A stretch of DNA of 63,816 bases, the filler included, from Cercozoa sp. M6MM (taxonomy: Eukaryota; Protista; Endomyxa: Ascetosporea), in assembly GCA_040357565.1 (NCBI GenBank). It is 15 parts of 15 records of this genome, joined end to end, with 100 filler letters (N's around TTAATTAATTAA, not from the genome) between each part and the next. Parts side by side here need not be neighbours in the genome. Positions count along the whole stretch, not along the records: positions 39,604 to 44,524 come from JBDODJ010001021.1; positions 44,625 to 51,430 come from JBDODJ010000691.1; positions 51,531 to 55,542 come from JBDODJ010001243.1; 12 more parts are not named here. The stretch is one strand, 5' to 3'. This document shows positions 39,688 to 53,440 of the stretch, one piece after another; the first letter of the stretch is position 1, and each line of letters begins with the position of its first letter. A model generated the notes under the pieces. It saw only the letters and a list, made by a program, of their open reading frames with translations, was not told where the DNA came from and did not search any database. The translations under genes were made by a program, and so were the position numbers.

Positions 39688-41788
39688 GAGCGAGTGTCGC
39701 AGCTGGATCTCCTCCAGGTCGACGCATGGCTGTCGAATCCAGCACTCCAGCAGTCGCGTGCCCATCTGTACCCCGTACATACTACCCGTCCATAGTACCC
39801 GTCCATAGTGCCCGTCCATATGGACACACCAACATAGCTAAGGGGGATGGTGCAGTCTACCTTGGTGCAGCAGCGGTCCAGGAAGCCCAGCAGCGAGTGC
39901 TGTCGCGCCGTGTTGCCTGATCGATCACAACGACTCAGTCAGGTGGTCAGTCAGGTGGTCATCCCGATGGTCACCCAGTCAGTCAGTCAGGTGGTCACAC
40001 ACACACACGCGCGCGTACCAGCTTGTTCGGGCAGCAGGTGCAGTGCGCGCAGTGCCGCCATGTCGAGTCGCATCATGTCGTCCGGCGTCGTGCGCAGCAG
40101 CGCGAAGCGTTTCGCCAGTTTCTCGTCGTCGCCGAGCTTGCAGTCCTGCAGCACCCGGCGCACATATCCGTGCGGACATCGAAAACAACAACAACAACAA
40201 CAAAAACAAAAACAACAACAAAGAAAACAACAACAACAAAAAACAACAACAAAGAAAACAACAACAACAAAACAACGAAAACACCAAAGCCTACAGTCAG
40301 CAGCGCGTGCATGCAGCCGACGCAGCCGGTCATTTTCAACAGCGGCGATGTTGTCAGTTGCGCCTGTACACATAGGTGGGTCAGTTGGGCGGGTCAGTCG
40401 GACGGGTCAGTTAGACAGGTCCGGTTGAACCGGCCAGATGGACACAGGACGGTCCGTACCGCCGATGCCGGTCGCAGCAGCGGCAGCAGCAGCGGCTGCA
40501 GCGACGCCGACGTCTGCTTGAAGGCCGACAGGTCCGCCACCTGGGGGGGGGGGTAAAGGGACAACGAGAGAGATAAAAGGGGTAACGAGAAAGGGAGTAG
40601 AGGAGGGGGTAAAGGAACTAGGTCGATACCTCAGAGGCAACGCCGGCTTTCTTGAACAGTGCCGTCAGCGTCTAGTACAAATATACGGTACAAATGTACG
40701 GTACACATGGACCAGTGTGTTGTACCGCTTCATCGGCGTCACTAACATCGTTGCCCAGTGTGCAGAAGGTAACTTCTACGGGGAGGGGGGTAAAGGGAGT
40801 AAATGGTAGGGCAATAAAATCGGAGACTACCCTTGACATTGAGAGCACAGAGGAGACACTCGAGACTCGTGAAGGCTGCCTTGTCCTGTCACACCATCCA
40901 TAGAGTAGTAGTACGATACAACAACATGAGAAAGCAAGAGTAGGTACCACAAAGGAAGCGTATGTCAACTGGAACGTTGTCATATCCACTGCTGCTGCCT
41001 GCAGAATAGCGGGGTAGGGGGTAATGAGGGGGGTGGGGGGCCCGGAAAACATACGCTGATCTCGCGCCGGTTGCGCACGAAGCGAACGCGCAAAAACAGT
41101 CGCCATCGCGTCGTGCCCTCGCCTGCACAAACGAGGGGGTAAAAGGGTTAAAGGGGTAGAGGAGGGGGGGGGGGGGATAATACTCGACTGGTCCACAGTG
41201 AGGGCAGACACGGCGTCTTCCAGTTCGGCCACCGTGGATGACGCATCGGCCGACGCCGCTTCGTGCCACTCGTCTATTCACATGTATATATAGACGAGAG
41301 GTATGTACATAGGTACAGACAAATGTGTACCTCCAGACATTTGTAGCACCACGATCTGCACAATACACAAGGTATATTTCTCCCCACCGTATACACTGAG
41401 ACAGACAGAGGTGGGTATTACAGGACGTCGCAGCTTTTCGAGACTCACTTTCATCACAGTTTTCAGCGTGTCTGGCTGCAGCATCAGCGTCGGCGCAGTC
41501 TCCTGTGGTCTCGCATCGCAGGCATACAACACAGTGTGTGTCAAAAAGGTATATGGACATACCTTGGTCTTCTCGACCTTGGGCCGTCTCACCATGTCCT
41601 CAGTGCCATGCAGCTCGCGCGACAGCTCGCATGCATCCGCTCCGTACAACGCGTACGTCACTCTGGTCAGTCCTGCAGCACACTGTCACTTCAATCACTC
41701 CTTTAACTGGACGAAACCACTTCTGTTACCGGACGCTGTCTTGAACTTGCGCATGAACACACAGAGGCGACGCGGATCGCCCTGACAT
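39688..41788 (-). CDS. MSH2: MutS homolog, MSH2-like, N-terminal half (3'-partial)
   Basis: YALYGADACELSREL, MRLDMAALRALHLLP, SLLGFLDRCCTKMGTRLLECWIRQPCVDLEEIQLRH. Confidence 0.75.
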
Positions 41789-42240
41789 TACAAGCTTCTG
41801 CTGTTAGGCTCGAAAACAAAACCAAAGCAGCGTAAGTACCGTGCCAAACACCCGCAGCGCGCGCAGTGTCGCAGTCCATGTGGTGCGCTCTGGGCAAACA
41901 GACAAAAATGCAATTCTCACTTTCGCCAACAAACCTGATATGCCAAAAAGCGCACTCATAGGCAGTTCGACACGAGTGGCTGCTGCTACGTGCGGAGACT
42001 ACAAAGATCACACTGCACCGCGTAAGTCACTCTAAACACGATCTAGTATTTATCGAATTCTTTATCAAACGGGCGGCGTGCAAAAGAGCTGACGTGAAGT
42101 CTAAAAGTGCGCTCGGTACGGTGAACTTCAAGCCATGCAGTGGCGCCGGTTGACCAATTGCGTTGTGTTGATACGAGAGATATAGATAACGAACGGAACG
42201 GAATTAAACTAAAAAGCCAGAGGGAGACTGACGAAATGCG

Positions 42241-42607
42241 TTAGAACCAGGAGGAAGCCATCGAGGAGAGTGCGTTCGACATGCGGCCAGTGAAGCTTTG
42301 TTGTTCCTGCTGCAGTTGGGCCTAAGGCACAAAGACACAGAGAACATATCAAAGGCACACACTCGACAGTATATCGAGTTCACACCTGTCTGGCGGCCTC
42401 CTCAGCAGCCCGAGCGGCCTCTTCCGCGGCCTGTGCCAACATGCAAGTGCCAACATGAAACGACGAGAAAATTACACACTCACACGCACACACACAAGCA
42501 CACACACAAGCACACACCCACACACTGGTGTACCTGCCGCCTGGTCACGGCGTTCTTGTGCATACGCCACAGGGTGAAACCTCCCGCACCTACAGTCATC
42601 GGTACAA

Positions 42608-42664
<57 letters not shown>

Positions 42665-43526
42665 CACGCACACACACAAGGGATACAGTAGGCACATAGG
42701 TACCCAACACGGTGAGACCGCCGAGCACGCTAACGCAGAAGCGTCGGAACAGACGGCCAGCCTCTCGTTCGACCTTTTGTCTTACCAGACTCACCTGTGC
42801 TCAATGTTTACACAATACAGATACAGAGATGCAGGGAAAGCTATCTGCAAAGAAAGCAAATACATCGTGCTCCAGCTGTTCGCGTTCCTCGCCGTCGAGG
42901 TTCTCGCAGAATTCCGCCGCCAGTTCGCAGAACATGTGTGCACGCGGATACTCTGCCTCACGGACACATACGCACATGCACAAACAAACACACGCAGACA
43001 AACACACACACACATAGACACACAGACACGCCGACACATACGCACACAGACAGGTTATAACTCAAGGTACCAAATCGGCTGTACGCAGCACGTGCAGCAA
43101 GAATGGCGATCTCGGCGCTCGGTACCTCCAAGTCCTCCAGGATGGCTGTTCGCACAGGTGCATATTTATGAGTCCCCTCATCTAGCAGCAGTAACAAAGG
43201 TACTCTCGCAAGCGTCAAGTGCCTCTTGGCAAACCTCGTGGCCGCCAGTTTCGACACACGCTGCCGCAAAGCGGCGACCTGCCTCGGCCGTATGTCGCCG
43301 TGTCTGCTCATGATAGATACTCGAAACATCAACGACACTCAGCTGCGCTTTGTGTGAGGTACAGGTTCATCGAGTTCACCCTCGGCGCTAAAAAACTGCT
43401 CGGACAGACAGTTCCATCGCGCGCGCAGATCCTGCACAGATCGCAAAAATCAGGCACCACCGCAGATGGGCATGTGCCAAAATTGCTTACTTCAAGCGTG
43501 GCCTGCTCAGCAACTGATGACTGCAT
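42241..43526 (-). CDS. Hypothetical protein with one TM segment and C-terminal coiled coil
   Basis: Exons end ...VSVLGGLTVL..GGFTLW..AAEEAARAAEEAARQ..SSWF-TAA; 5' exon frames uncertain. Confidence 0.55.
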
Positions 43527-43742
43527 GACTGTGCAACTACTCTGCTGGTGTAGTGGCCAGTAGCAACAAGCAAGCGCACGGACTATGAACCGAGATCTTC
43601 TCACAGAAGATCCAATCAAGTGGCACTTTCTCTCGTCCATTTGGACTACCAAGCCCAAAACCGACACGCCGACCTAAAAGAATAGCAGCAGACGCACGTC
43701 CAACGGCTAGCAGTGCCTTTCAGCAGTGTGCAGACATTGGGA

Positions 43743-44395
43743 ATGTTGCGTACAGGCGGCAAGGCGACGGCCCGCGGTGTGCTGGCAGTGCAGCAGCGCT
43801 CGCTGCACTCGTTCATGCACTTCGACAAGACGCAGAAGGGCTTTTCTGACCGCATGCCCGGTGAGCGGCCTATGGTGCCGGCTCTGGCGACCAAGGAGAA
43901 CCAGACGCATCGCGAGTGGATCGGCGCGCCCATTTACACTGATGGTGTTTTGTTTTTGTTTTTGTTTTGCTCCTTCGCTGATGCGGTTCCGTTATCTTGT
44001 GCAGATGACATGAAGACGCAGGAGCAGCAGGGCTGGATTGAGAGTAGCTTCTCCTTTTCTGTGTATCTGTGCAGATGTTTCACCTCATGAGTCGTCTGCA
44101 GAGAGCAGAAAGAACAACTTCCCGTTCCCGAACGACTGGACGCGCCGCCTGCTGCGTGTCGGTATTGCGACGCCGTACCGTGTGATCACGCAGGCCTTGC
44201 TGTGCGAGTTGATCCGCATTGAGAATGTACTGTTGCCTGCCCTGCGATGCATGTGGGTGTGAACATGCGTGTCTTGGTCAATACAGGTGCCCAAGAGCAA
44301 CATGGGTGTGTCGCTCGTCTCGTGCAGACGTGGCTGGTACGAGGACCGTGGCTTCGGTCTCTTCATGGGCTGCGCCCGCACTGCGCACGTTGAGG
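43743..44395 (+). CDS. Hypothetical mitochondrion-targeted protein, 3'-partial
   Basis: Presequence-like MLRTGGKATARGVLAVQQRSLHS (no acidic residues); in-frame spliced exons with strong GC3 bias. Confidence 0.65.
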
Positions 44396-44470
44396 TACCT
44401 CCAGCCGCATTCTCCTGTCGCAGCTGATGGATTGTGTGTGTGGGTGTGTGGGTGTGTGTGTGTGTGTGCG

Positions 44471-44524
<54 letters not shown>

Positions 44525-44624
44525 NNNNNNNNNNNNNNNNNNNNNNNNNNNNNNNNNNNNNNNNNNNNTTAATTAATTAANNNNNNNNNNNNNNNNNNNN
44601 NNNNNNNNNNNNNNNNNNNNNNNN

Positions 44625-44651
<27 letters not shown>

Positions 44652-44673
<22 letters not shown>

Positions 44674-46052
44674 GCAGTTCGCCGAGCGACATGAGCGAGT
44701 TGGCTTCGACCACTGCAGAGAGTGCCTCGGACAGCGTGGCCTTGTTTCCGTCATTGTACACCGAGGCTACGTAGTCCAGCAGTGTCTGCACAGTGGGTAC
44801 ATACAGACGGGCACACAGGACAGGCAGAGGATACAGTGCCATCGACGCCCTTGGTGTCACCGAGACGCGGCAAAAATTCCACGTCGAATGCGTCGGCTTG
44901 CCCACTGTAGAGGCACAGTTATGTCAGCGAGTTCTGCACACTCATGGCGTGCCTACCGTTTGGTGCCGCCGTTGAGGTAGTTTCCGACCGACAGAACTAG
45001 AGCGAGCACCTTCTTTAGTTCCTTGCTTTGCTGTGCAAACAACACAACAGTGTACACAGTAAAAGAAACACAATAGAATGTCAGCACCCTGAGTGCACGT
45101 CCTGCATCGGCAATGGTCTGCAGAGGACCTTCTGTCTGACTGGCTTCCTTCGCACACACAGACTCAGGCAATAACTGCATGTTATAGGGATGCAGTAGAA
45201 CAGGTAAACACACCTCTTGGAAACGAACGGCAGTGCTCCAGCAGTTCAGTCGCTGCCGGACCGCGCGAAGCGATTGCAGTGCCTGCGCCGGGTCGTTCTG
45301 TCGAAAGAAAAAACATATCCGTATCGTATCGTATCTAACACGAAGAAACTAATTCGAACCTTGTCCGACGGATGACCGCCCGACAGTGTCAACACCAGTT
45401 GTTCTGGTAGATCAATCGGCTGCGCGGCTGCTTGAACCAGCGACAGCACATCAGATTATTCAACGACAGTAATAACATTGAACACAAACGCACGGTCCAA
45501 CGAGCGGCAGCTTTCGACTTCTTCTTCAGTCGGCAGAATGCTCAACTGCTCACAGTGTAAATCAGTCAGACACTCCGAAACAAACATGAACAGTCAGTTC
45601 AGTCGAACAGTACCAATTGCTGCACTTGGGACGGCCGCAGCACTTTCGTATCGAGGGCCAGACTGAGTAAAGTCAAGGTGTCACACACACCCAGCACACA
45701 GGGAGAAGGAAGAACACACAGCGACTTGACAAGCAGCGGTTTCGGTGGCAGCGTGGTGCCAAAGATGCCCAACGCGTTCGATCTGAGTCAAGCACATTCA
45801 GAAAAAAAAACGAAAGAGAAAACAAAGGAGAACACGCACCGTTTGCCGTCCAAAATTCGCTGTTTCGTTTTCGCTTTCGCTGCGACTGCGCCTGCCACAG
45901 CTGCAGCAAAAACAAGTGGACGTTTCTTTTCGTCTGCAGTGCCGTAAAATTCAAAAAGGTACATGCAGTCGGTTTAGAAGCACTCGGTTTCGCCGCGCTC
46001 TTCTGGGCGAACTTGGCTGCAGCGAGTATCAAATCAGGTTAAACTGAACTCC

Positions 46053-46101
<49 letters not shown>

Positions 46102-46111
46102 NNNNNNNNNN

Positions 46112-46160
<49 letters not shown>

Positions 46161-48585
46161 TACCCTCCAACGCAGCAACGTCGATCGGAACATCGCGCGG
46201 GCCAAAGGAAGCCCAAACAGTCTTGACAGACCAAGCAGATAACAGGTGTGCCAAGTTAAATCACACAAGAACTTGGCGGTACTTTCTTTTGCTTGAAGTC
46301 GTCCTCGGTCAGCAACGTGCGTTTCCTGTGCAGAAAGAGAAGAGAAAATGCAGTGCTGGTACGGTGAGTTTGAATAGATTTTAGAGGACCAGTAGAGCGC
46401 CTTGAGTTTCTTGCTAGGTTTGACAGAAGCACGTGAGGGTTCCACCACAGCCACTGCCTGCGACAGCAACGGCGGCGGTCCGGCGCCTGCTTTCGTTTTC
46501 ACCAGAAACAACATCGATGGCACAGACAAACACCAGCAGATACTGCATAGACAGAGAGTACCGAGAGGTGGCGGTGAGCCTGCCAATGGGGGCGGTGCTC
46601 CTGCCATGGGGGGCGGTGCTCCTGCCATGGGAGGCGGTGCTCCTGCCATGGGAGGCGGTGCAGCAGCTGGCACACCTGATCAGTCAAGTCAAGTCAGTCA
46701 AGTCAGTCAAGTCAGTCAGGTCAGTCAACAAGAAAGCTCAATGAACACAAAGTCCTACCACCAATGCCTGGAGGAGGTGCAGCTGCCGGAACACCCATAC
46801 TCGGGGGAGGTGCAGCAGCAGGCACACCCATGTTAGGAGGAGGCGCAGCTGCCGGAACACCCATACCTGGGGGAGGTGCAGCTGCTGGAACACCCATGTT
46901 GGGAGGAGGCGCAGCTGCTGGAACACCCATGTTGGGAGGAGGCGCAGCTGCTGGAACACCCATGTTGGGAGGAGGCGCAGCAGCAGGCACGCTCATGTTG
47001 GGAGGAGGCGCAGCTGCCGGAACGCCTGCGTAAAAAAGTCAGAAAACACAAAACCACAAAAACACAAAAAGCAAACAACACCTGCAGCTGCGGGCGGAGC
47101 AGCAGCCGGAACTGCACCAGTCGGAACAGGAAGAATCGGTGCCGCAGCAACATTTAGAGGTGGTGCAGCAGCTATTTTTGCAACAAAACAACTATAATTT
47201 CCTTTGGTTTTGGTGTTTGTCTCCATACGGGCGGAAGTCGAAGGCGGTGGTAATGAAACAGCTTTGAGCACAGGAGGAGAAATAAAACCAGAACAAAAAG
47301 GTTTCTAGATGTGTTTGGGTGTACTTGTCGGTGCAGGAGGAGCAGAGCCCGGCGGCGGAGGGATCGAATCGACAGACGGAGGCGGCGGCAGCAACTGCTG
47401 CTCCTGGAGTCGTTTCACCTGTGACTCGAGTTCTCGAATGCGCCTGCAGAATCACAAAACACAAGATGCAATGTTGTTCGGTGCCGATTGGTTCTCTTTT
47501 GTATGTGTGTGCAGTTGTATACTTTTCCATCTGCTGGCGAAGCTTATCAGTGAGGGCTTCCTTCTGCATTTTAACAAACGCAGTCAACCTGAAGAATTTA
47601 AAAAAGTGAAAGCTGTACAGGTTCGGCAGGAAGCGAGGCCATCAACTCGTCGACGTCGACGATGAGGTTCTTCCACTTGAGTGTCAGCACGTCGTGTCGC
47701 TTCTGCAGACGCTCCATGTCCTTGTCCTTAAGGTCGACTTGCTCTTGCAGTTCCTTGACTGCAACATCGTATCCTTATTACTTAGCTCTCACGCAGGAAG
47801 GAAAGGAAGGAAGGAAGGAAGGAAGGAAGGAAGGAAGAAAGGTACCTCGCTGGTACAGTTGGCGCAATTGACGCGTCGTAGCCGGCAGCACCTCCTCGGC
47901 ATGCTCGCGGAAGCTGCCGATCTGCGCCTCTAGCAGCTCGCTCTTGAGCATCGGTCGCAGGTGCCGCGCGATCCCGGCGTCCTCCAGCTGGTCCACAAAG
48001 TGCCGCTTCTTGCGCGAACTCACGCAGCGGAACAGCATGGCGTTGATCAACGTCAGCGCGTTCAGCTGCAGGTCAAAGTCCTGTGCTCCCAGCATGCGCA
48101 CCAGCTGTTCCACCGGCTGTCTCTGCTCGCGGCAGCAAACAACATCTCAGCAGACAATAAATATATATCATGATACAAACTGAACAAAAAAGATACAGTC
48201 AACCATAAAGATATCTCTCAATCAATCTCAGTATTGAAGCAAGTACATCGACCGACGCCGACGCGATAGCATCCGCGCGGCGCAGCAGCTCGAAACCGTC
48301 GTCGGCAAAGTGACACACGACGAGACCGATCTCGAGAGCCGTGCGCGTGATGACCGAGTTGAGCTGCAGAGACAGACAGGAGTAAAATACACAAAGGTTC
48401 ACAAGGAGGGGACAGGACTCAAGTTCGCTGGTACAAATGCGTGCTGATAGGCGATCGAGAAGAGTTGCGGCAACACGTCGCTGCTGCTGTACATTTCGAT
48501 GGATGAGGCGTACTCGGTCGACGCCATCATGGCCTTCATGCACTCCTTCTTGACGCCGATCGACTGTGTCGACTCAAGTCTGTGT

Positions 48586-48631
<46 letters not shown>

Positions 48632-49411
48632 NNNNNNNNNNNNNNNNNNNNNNNNNNNNNNNNNNNNNNNNNNNNNNNNNNNNNNNNNNNNNNNNNNNNN
48701 NNNNNNNNNNNNNNNNNNNNNNNNNNNNNNNTGTGTGTGTGTGTGTGTGTGTGTGTGTAGGGTTAATTTAGTATAACAGAAGGGAGAAACGCACAGTGAC
48801 ACGAGTGCCTGCAGACCGTCGTTGAGAATGAACTCCTCGGCGAACATCTCATGCCGCAGGTGATTGCGCACACTAAACAAAGCTGCCTTGGCCTGCTGCT
48901 CGTCGGTCGACACCTCATGCAGCTTTACGACGGCGGCAGCACCCAGTGTCGTCGCATCCACCAGGCGCAGCGGCGCCTCTCGCGTTGTTTGCCACTCCTG
49001 CTCGAGTGTGCGCACGCGTGTTTTGCTCCAGTCTTGCGGCAGCACAAAACTACACAAACACTCGTATTTTCTGTGAGCTCCAAATACAGAACCAAAACTG
49101 AGTGAGTGTACAAGTTCGGAGCACGCGTCGTTTGGAGCACGTAATAGATTGCATCGTTTGGAGGAGGCGGCGGCAGTCTGCACGTACGATGTATTATTTA
49201 AAGAGAAGGCGACTCACGAGTACCCATCGATCTCGGCCGAGTTGAAACTGGCGGCACTGTCGTTGTTAGTGCTGTCCGTACTGGCCTCTGGGTCGACTCC
49301 GATCTCGGCTAGCAGTGGGCGCAGCAGCTCCTCCAAAGGCACTTGCTGCTGCAACGGCAGCTGCAAGTTGCGGCCCAGCAAAGGCACGTGCACCTCGCAC
49401 TGCGCAGGCAT
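44652..49411 (-). CDS. Formin (N-terminal armadillo/FH3-like, coiled coil, FH1, FH2), 3'-partial
   Basis: EMFAEEFILNDGLQAL, LQLNALTLINAML, MGVPAAAPPP repeats (FH1), KPSKKLKALYW, LKKVLALVLSVGNYLNGGT, QTLLDYV (FH2). Confidence 0.92.
46565..47025 (-). repeat. FH1 coding tandem repeats: 33-nt (MGVPAAAPPPN) and 21-nt (MAGAPPP) units
   Basis: Direct reading and ORF track. Confidence 0.9.
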
Positions 49412-49680
49412 GATGATTTCCCAGCACACCCGATAGTTTTTATTTGGCGGTTTCGGTTTAGCGTTTTGGTGTCCGCAAGCGTATGTACGCAATGTGTTTG
49501 TCACTTTGTGACACTCTCACGTCGCCGATCGCCTGTAATGACCGCGTTCGCATGCCTGTAGTTTTGTATTATTTTTTAGAAAGTGGTCGCTCCGGCCCAA
49601 CATCGAGTTTTTGGGCACTCAAGTTACATTGTACAGCACAATTGTACAATTGTCGTCTATACTACCTGCTCTGTAAATGT

Positions 49681-50600
49681 GATGCGAACAATTGTACCCC
49701 AGCTATTGGTCGCAAGCGAATCCCCGGATCACGTCACCACCACGCTGGTGTGGTCTCAAGCTTCGGGTTCCTCCTGTGGCTTCAGCTTCCACACACACGC
49801 ACACACACTTGTGAATGTTGCTGTTCTTGTCTGTGCTGACGTTCGTTGTTTCGAACGAGGCCGCACAGTTGAAAGACAAACTGCCACCAATAAATTTATC
49901 AGCGTTGATCTCGATGATATCGATGACGGTGTCGACCGTATCACGAATCGATTGCAAGTGCTGACACTTGATGATCTCGAGCGAGTCGGCGGGCAGGACT
50001 TGGTACGTTTGCTGTATACGTGTACTAATACTGCAGCTTCTACAGTAATCAGTTAAAATTGATTACTGCCGTGCAGGTGTGTCTGCTGAAGACGCTGCAG
50101 CAGTGCCTCGCATTTGTGCACAGCGAGTGTTACGCCACTCACTATGCCAACTCGGACAGTCGCAACACTGGTGGTATTCTGCTGTCCGCGCGGTCGTCGT
50201 CGCTCTCGCACTCGCTGCGCCAAGCACGTGAGATCTACCTGCAGGTCCCTTCTCAATAGTTCTAAACCTGTTTATGTACTGTATCTAGGATATGCATGTG
50301 TGTAAATATACGGGTTGAAAGACTACTGTAAGTTTCGACTGCGGTGGCACACAGGCGGCTCCTCGCCGTCAAAGCGAGCCAGCGGCGTGCTCAAGCTTCC
50401 AACGGCGAGGCAGTCTCGAACGGGAGTTATCGGTACAGTCCTGTACAGTCACGATATACCTTTTCTTGGGCAGTATCTGTTTGGAGTTGCAGAAAGATCT
50501 GAAGACACTCGTGATGCGCGCGCACGAGCGCCTGATGCCGCAGGTGCTGGCCATGTTTCCCAACCTGCGGACATCCGATCCACCTCAAGTTGAGGCCTGA
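49681..50600 (+). CDS. Hypothetical protein
   Basis: Exon blocks FISVDLDDIDDGVDRITNRLQVL, CLLKTLQQCLAF, PQVLAMFPNL..VEA-TGA; start uncertain. Confidence 0.5.
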
Positions 50601-51129
50601 GGCCTGCCGCCTGGCAGGTCTGGACTCAGTACCAGCCTGTAGTGTTTTTCGTGCGACATTGATGATGCTGCCAGTTAATCGAGAGTCAGGGGTTCCCTCT
50701 AAGCGTATTAAGATGGCTTGGCGAAAGTACTTGGTGTGTAAACTTAAAATACCGAACAAAAATATCGAAGCACAGGCTCTGACTAACAAAATCGCTGTGT
50801 AAAAGGTTTTACTAAGTTTACTATTCTAGAACAACAGCGGGTTTTTCTTGGCTTGCACTACAGTTCGAGAAAAGTGTATCAGTGTAATTATGGATGCCAG
50901 TGATGCGATCGATGCTGAGGATTATTCGACAGAGCCAAGTCCAAAGAGAGAAACCGAAGAAGCTTCGGCATTCGAAACCGACCCAACCGAGCAGGAGGCA
51001 TCCTATATGCAAAGCCCAGAGTTTGAGATAGATACAAAAAAAAAAACGCACTCGGACAGAAATGAAGTTGCGGCACAATGTAAATCACCTTTGGGTTGTC
51101 GTGCTGGAGTTCAATTGGCTGCAGCAGTT

Positions 51130-51131
51130 GG

Positions 51132-51164
<33 letters not shown>

Positions 51165-51356
51165 TGTTGGCGTTGTTGCCATTGTCGCCGTTGCTGCTGT
51201 TGTTGGTACTGGCGCTGCCGGTCTCGTTGTTGCTGCCGCTGTTTTTGCTGCTGCTGCTGTTGTTGCTCGTATTGCCGCACGTACAAGCGCAGTCGTTCGA
51301 GTTGCGATGTTTGTTGTTGTTGTGGGTGTTGTTGTTTTTGTTGTTTTTGTTGCTTC

Positions 51357-51429
<73 letters not shown>

Positions 51430-51430
51430 G
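51130..51430. repeat. Degenerate to pure (GTT/AAC)n trinucleotide tract
   Basis: Direct reading. Confidence 0.9.
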
Positions 51431-51530
51431 NNNNNNNNNNNNNNNNNNNNNNNNNNNNNNNNNNNNNNNNNNNNTTAATTAATTAANNNNNNNNNNNNNN
51501 NNNNNNNNNNNNNNNNNNNNNNNNNNNNNN

Positions 51531-53440
51531 AAACCTCCATGACATCGAGGATGGCAGCGAGTGTTGTTATTTTCGGTTTTGGCAGTCGGTCTTGACGCAT
51601 CGCTGCGTCGAATACACGGGTGGGGGTAAAGGAAGTTATCAGGGGGGGGGGGGTAGGGGGGACCGGGGGGGGGGGGTAACGGGGGTAGGGGCAGTACCAT
51701 TCTCGTGTATCCACGCGGACGGTCGTCGCACCGTCGGGATCGGCGAGGGACTCGCTTCCTCCACCTCGTCCTCCAGTGCCTGCGCATACACGCATACACA
51801 TACATGCCTAGTTAGACCCGACTGACTGGACTGACAGAACTGACTGGGGAGGTACCTCAGTGACAGGCGGTGTGACACGTGCCACCGCCTCGTGCAGCAG
51901 CTCCTGCTGCCTTTCGATCGCATCGAACGCCACCTGGCAGCCCAGGTTGTCCTGTGTGTCCAGAGGGTAACAGGGGGAGGGGGCAGGGGCGGCGGCAAAT
52001 TAGCTACCTGGAAACTGAGCGCCCATTCGGTACTTTCGGCATTCAACGTGCTGCGGGGGGGGGGGGGGGGGGCAAGGGTAGGAGAAGGTAATAGAGGTCA
52101 GAAGGGGGAAGAGAGAGTAAGTTGGGGAGGCAAACTACCTCTCGCTGCTCCAGCTGATGATGGTCGGTTCCTGTCGTTCGTACGTCGTTCGGAGTCCGAT
52201 GGTCTCGCGCATCAGCACTCGGTGTTCCTCGCCTCGAGCTTCCTCTGCCTCCGCCTGCTTCTGCTTCTCCTCTGCCTCTGCCTGTGCCCGGCTTCGCTTT
52301 CGTCTCGGTTCCGCCAGTACCTGAGGGGCGAAGGGTGAGAGGTAAGGGGTGAGGGGTGAGGGGTAGGGGTGAGGGGTGAGGGGTAAGGGACAAGGGATAG
52401 GGGGTGAACAGATACAAAGGGCAGGGGTACCATGAGAATAGCATCGGGAACAGCGTCCTCTCGGTGCAGCAGCAGTGCGCCACCACGTGTGGAGATGTCC
52501 ACCTGCCGTGAACAGTCATGATAGACAAGGGGACAGGGGGGGGGGGTTAAACACAGGGCTACCTCTGCCGAGGTTTGAATCTGCACCAAACGGCCAGTGC
52601 CTTTGTCCCTACACACATAGGCATTTGTTTAAAAAAATATTATAATATATATATGTGTGTGCAGAGACTGTACTGCCACTCTGAGGTTTCCTTGTCCAGC
52701 AGATACACTTTCACACGAAAGTACTTTGGCATCTACACGAGGCGCAGTGTAAGGGATATGGGGTTTGGGGTTTGGGAAATGGGGTAGGAGAGGAAAGAAC
52801 TACCTCAGCCACAGGCGGCAGCTCGGCGAGTGAGGCAGCGCAGGGCAGTTTCACCTGCTCGCTGTCGCTCGGCGTGCCAGCGGCGCCGGTGCTCACTGTG
52901 ACGGTGTCGGTCTTGGTCGGTCCTGTCTCGATCGGTCCTGTCTCGGTCGGTCCACTTGGTCCACTGGGTGCCGTTCGTGTCCGATCAGTCCCGTCGCTCT
53001 GTCCCGTGCCTGTGCCACCAGCCGACGGTGCAATTTCCACGTGCAGATCGAGGTCTTCCTCGTCGCCTGCAGAACAGCATAGTATCAACCCAAGAAACTG
53101 ACAGACAGTCAGACAGGCGCTACTGCTCTCGCTGTCGCTGTCGTCGTAGCACACCAGCGGCGTCACTTTCTTCGCTTCCTTCTGCTGAAAGCAGAGTCAA
53201 TAACACGCGCACACTGACACAAGAGACTGACCTCCTCCTGCTGCTGCGTGCGCGATCTCAGTGCAGTCGCATTCGGCGAGGAACGCACGTGCGGGTACTG
53301 CACACCACGACGATATATAGAGCACCCCTCTGTGGCAACAAGGAGAAGGATACCTCGTGCATCACACTGACATCAACGGGAGTGCCCAGGAAGTTGGCGC
53401 GGCGCGGCTGCAGCGGCGTTTTCGGGGCCTCTTCCGTCAT
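51531..53440 (-). CDS. Hypothetical low-complexity protein, 3'-partial
   Basis: MTEEAPKTPLQPRRANFLGTP...; many GT-AG introns with C-rich tracts. Confidence 0.55.
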
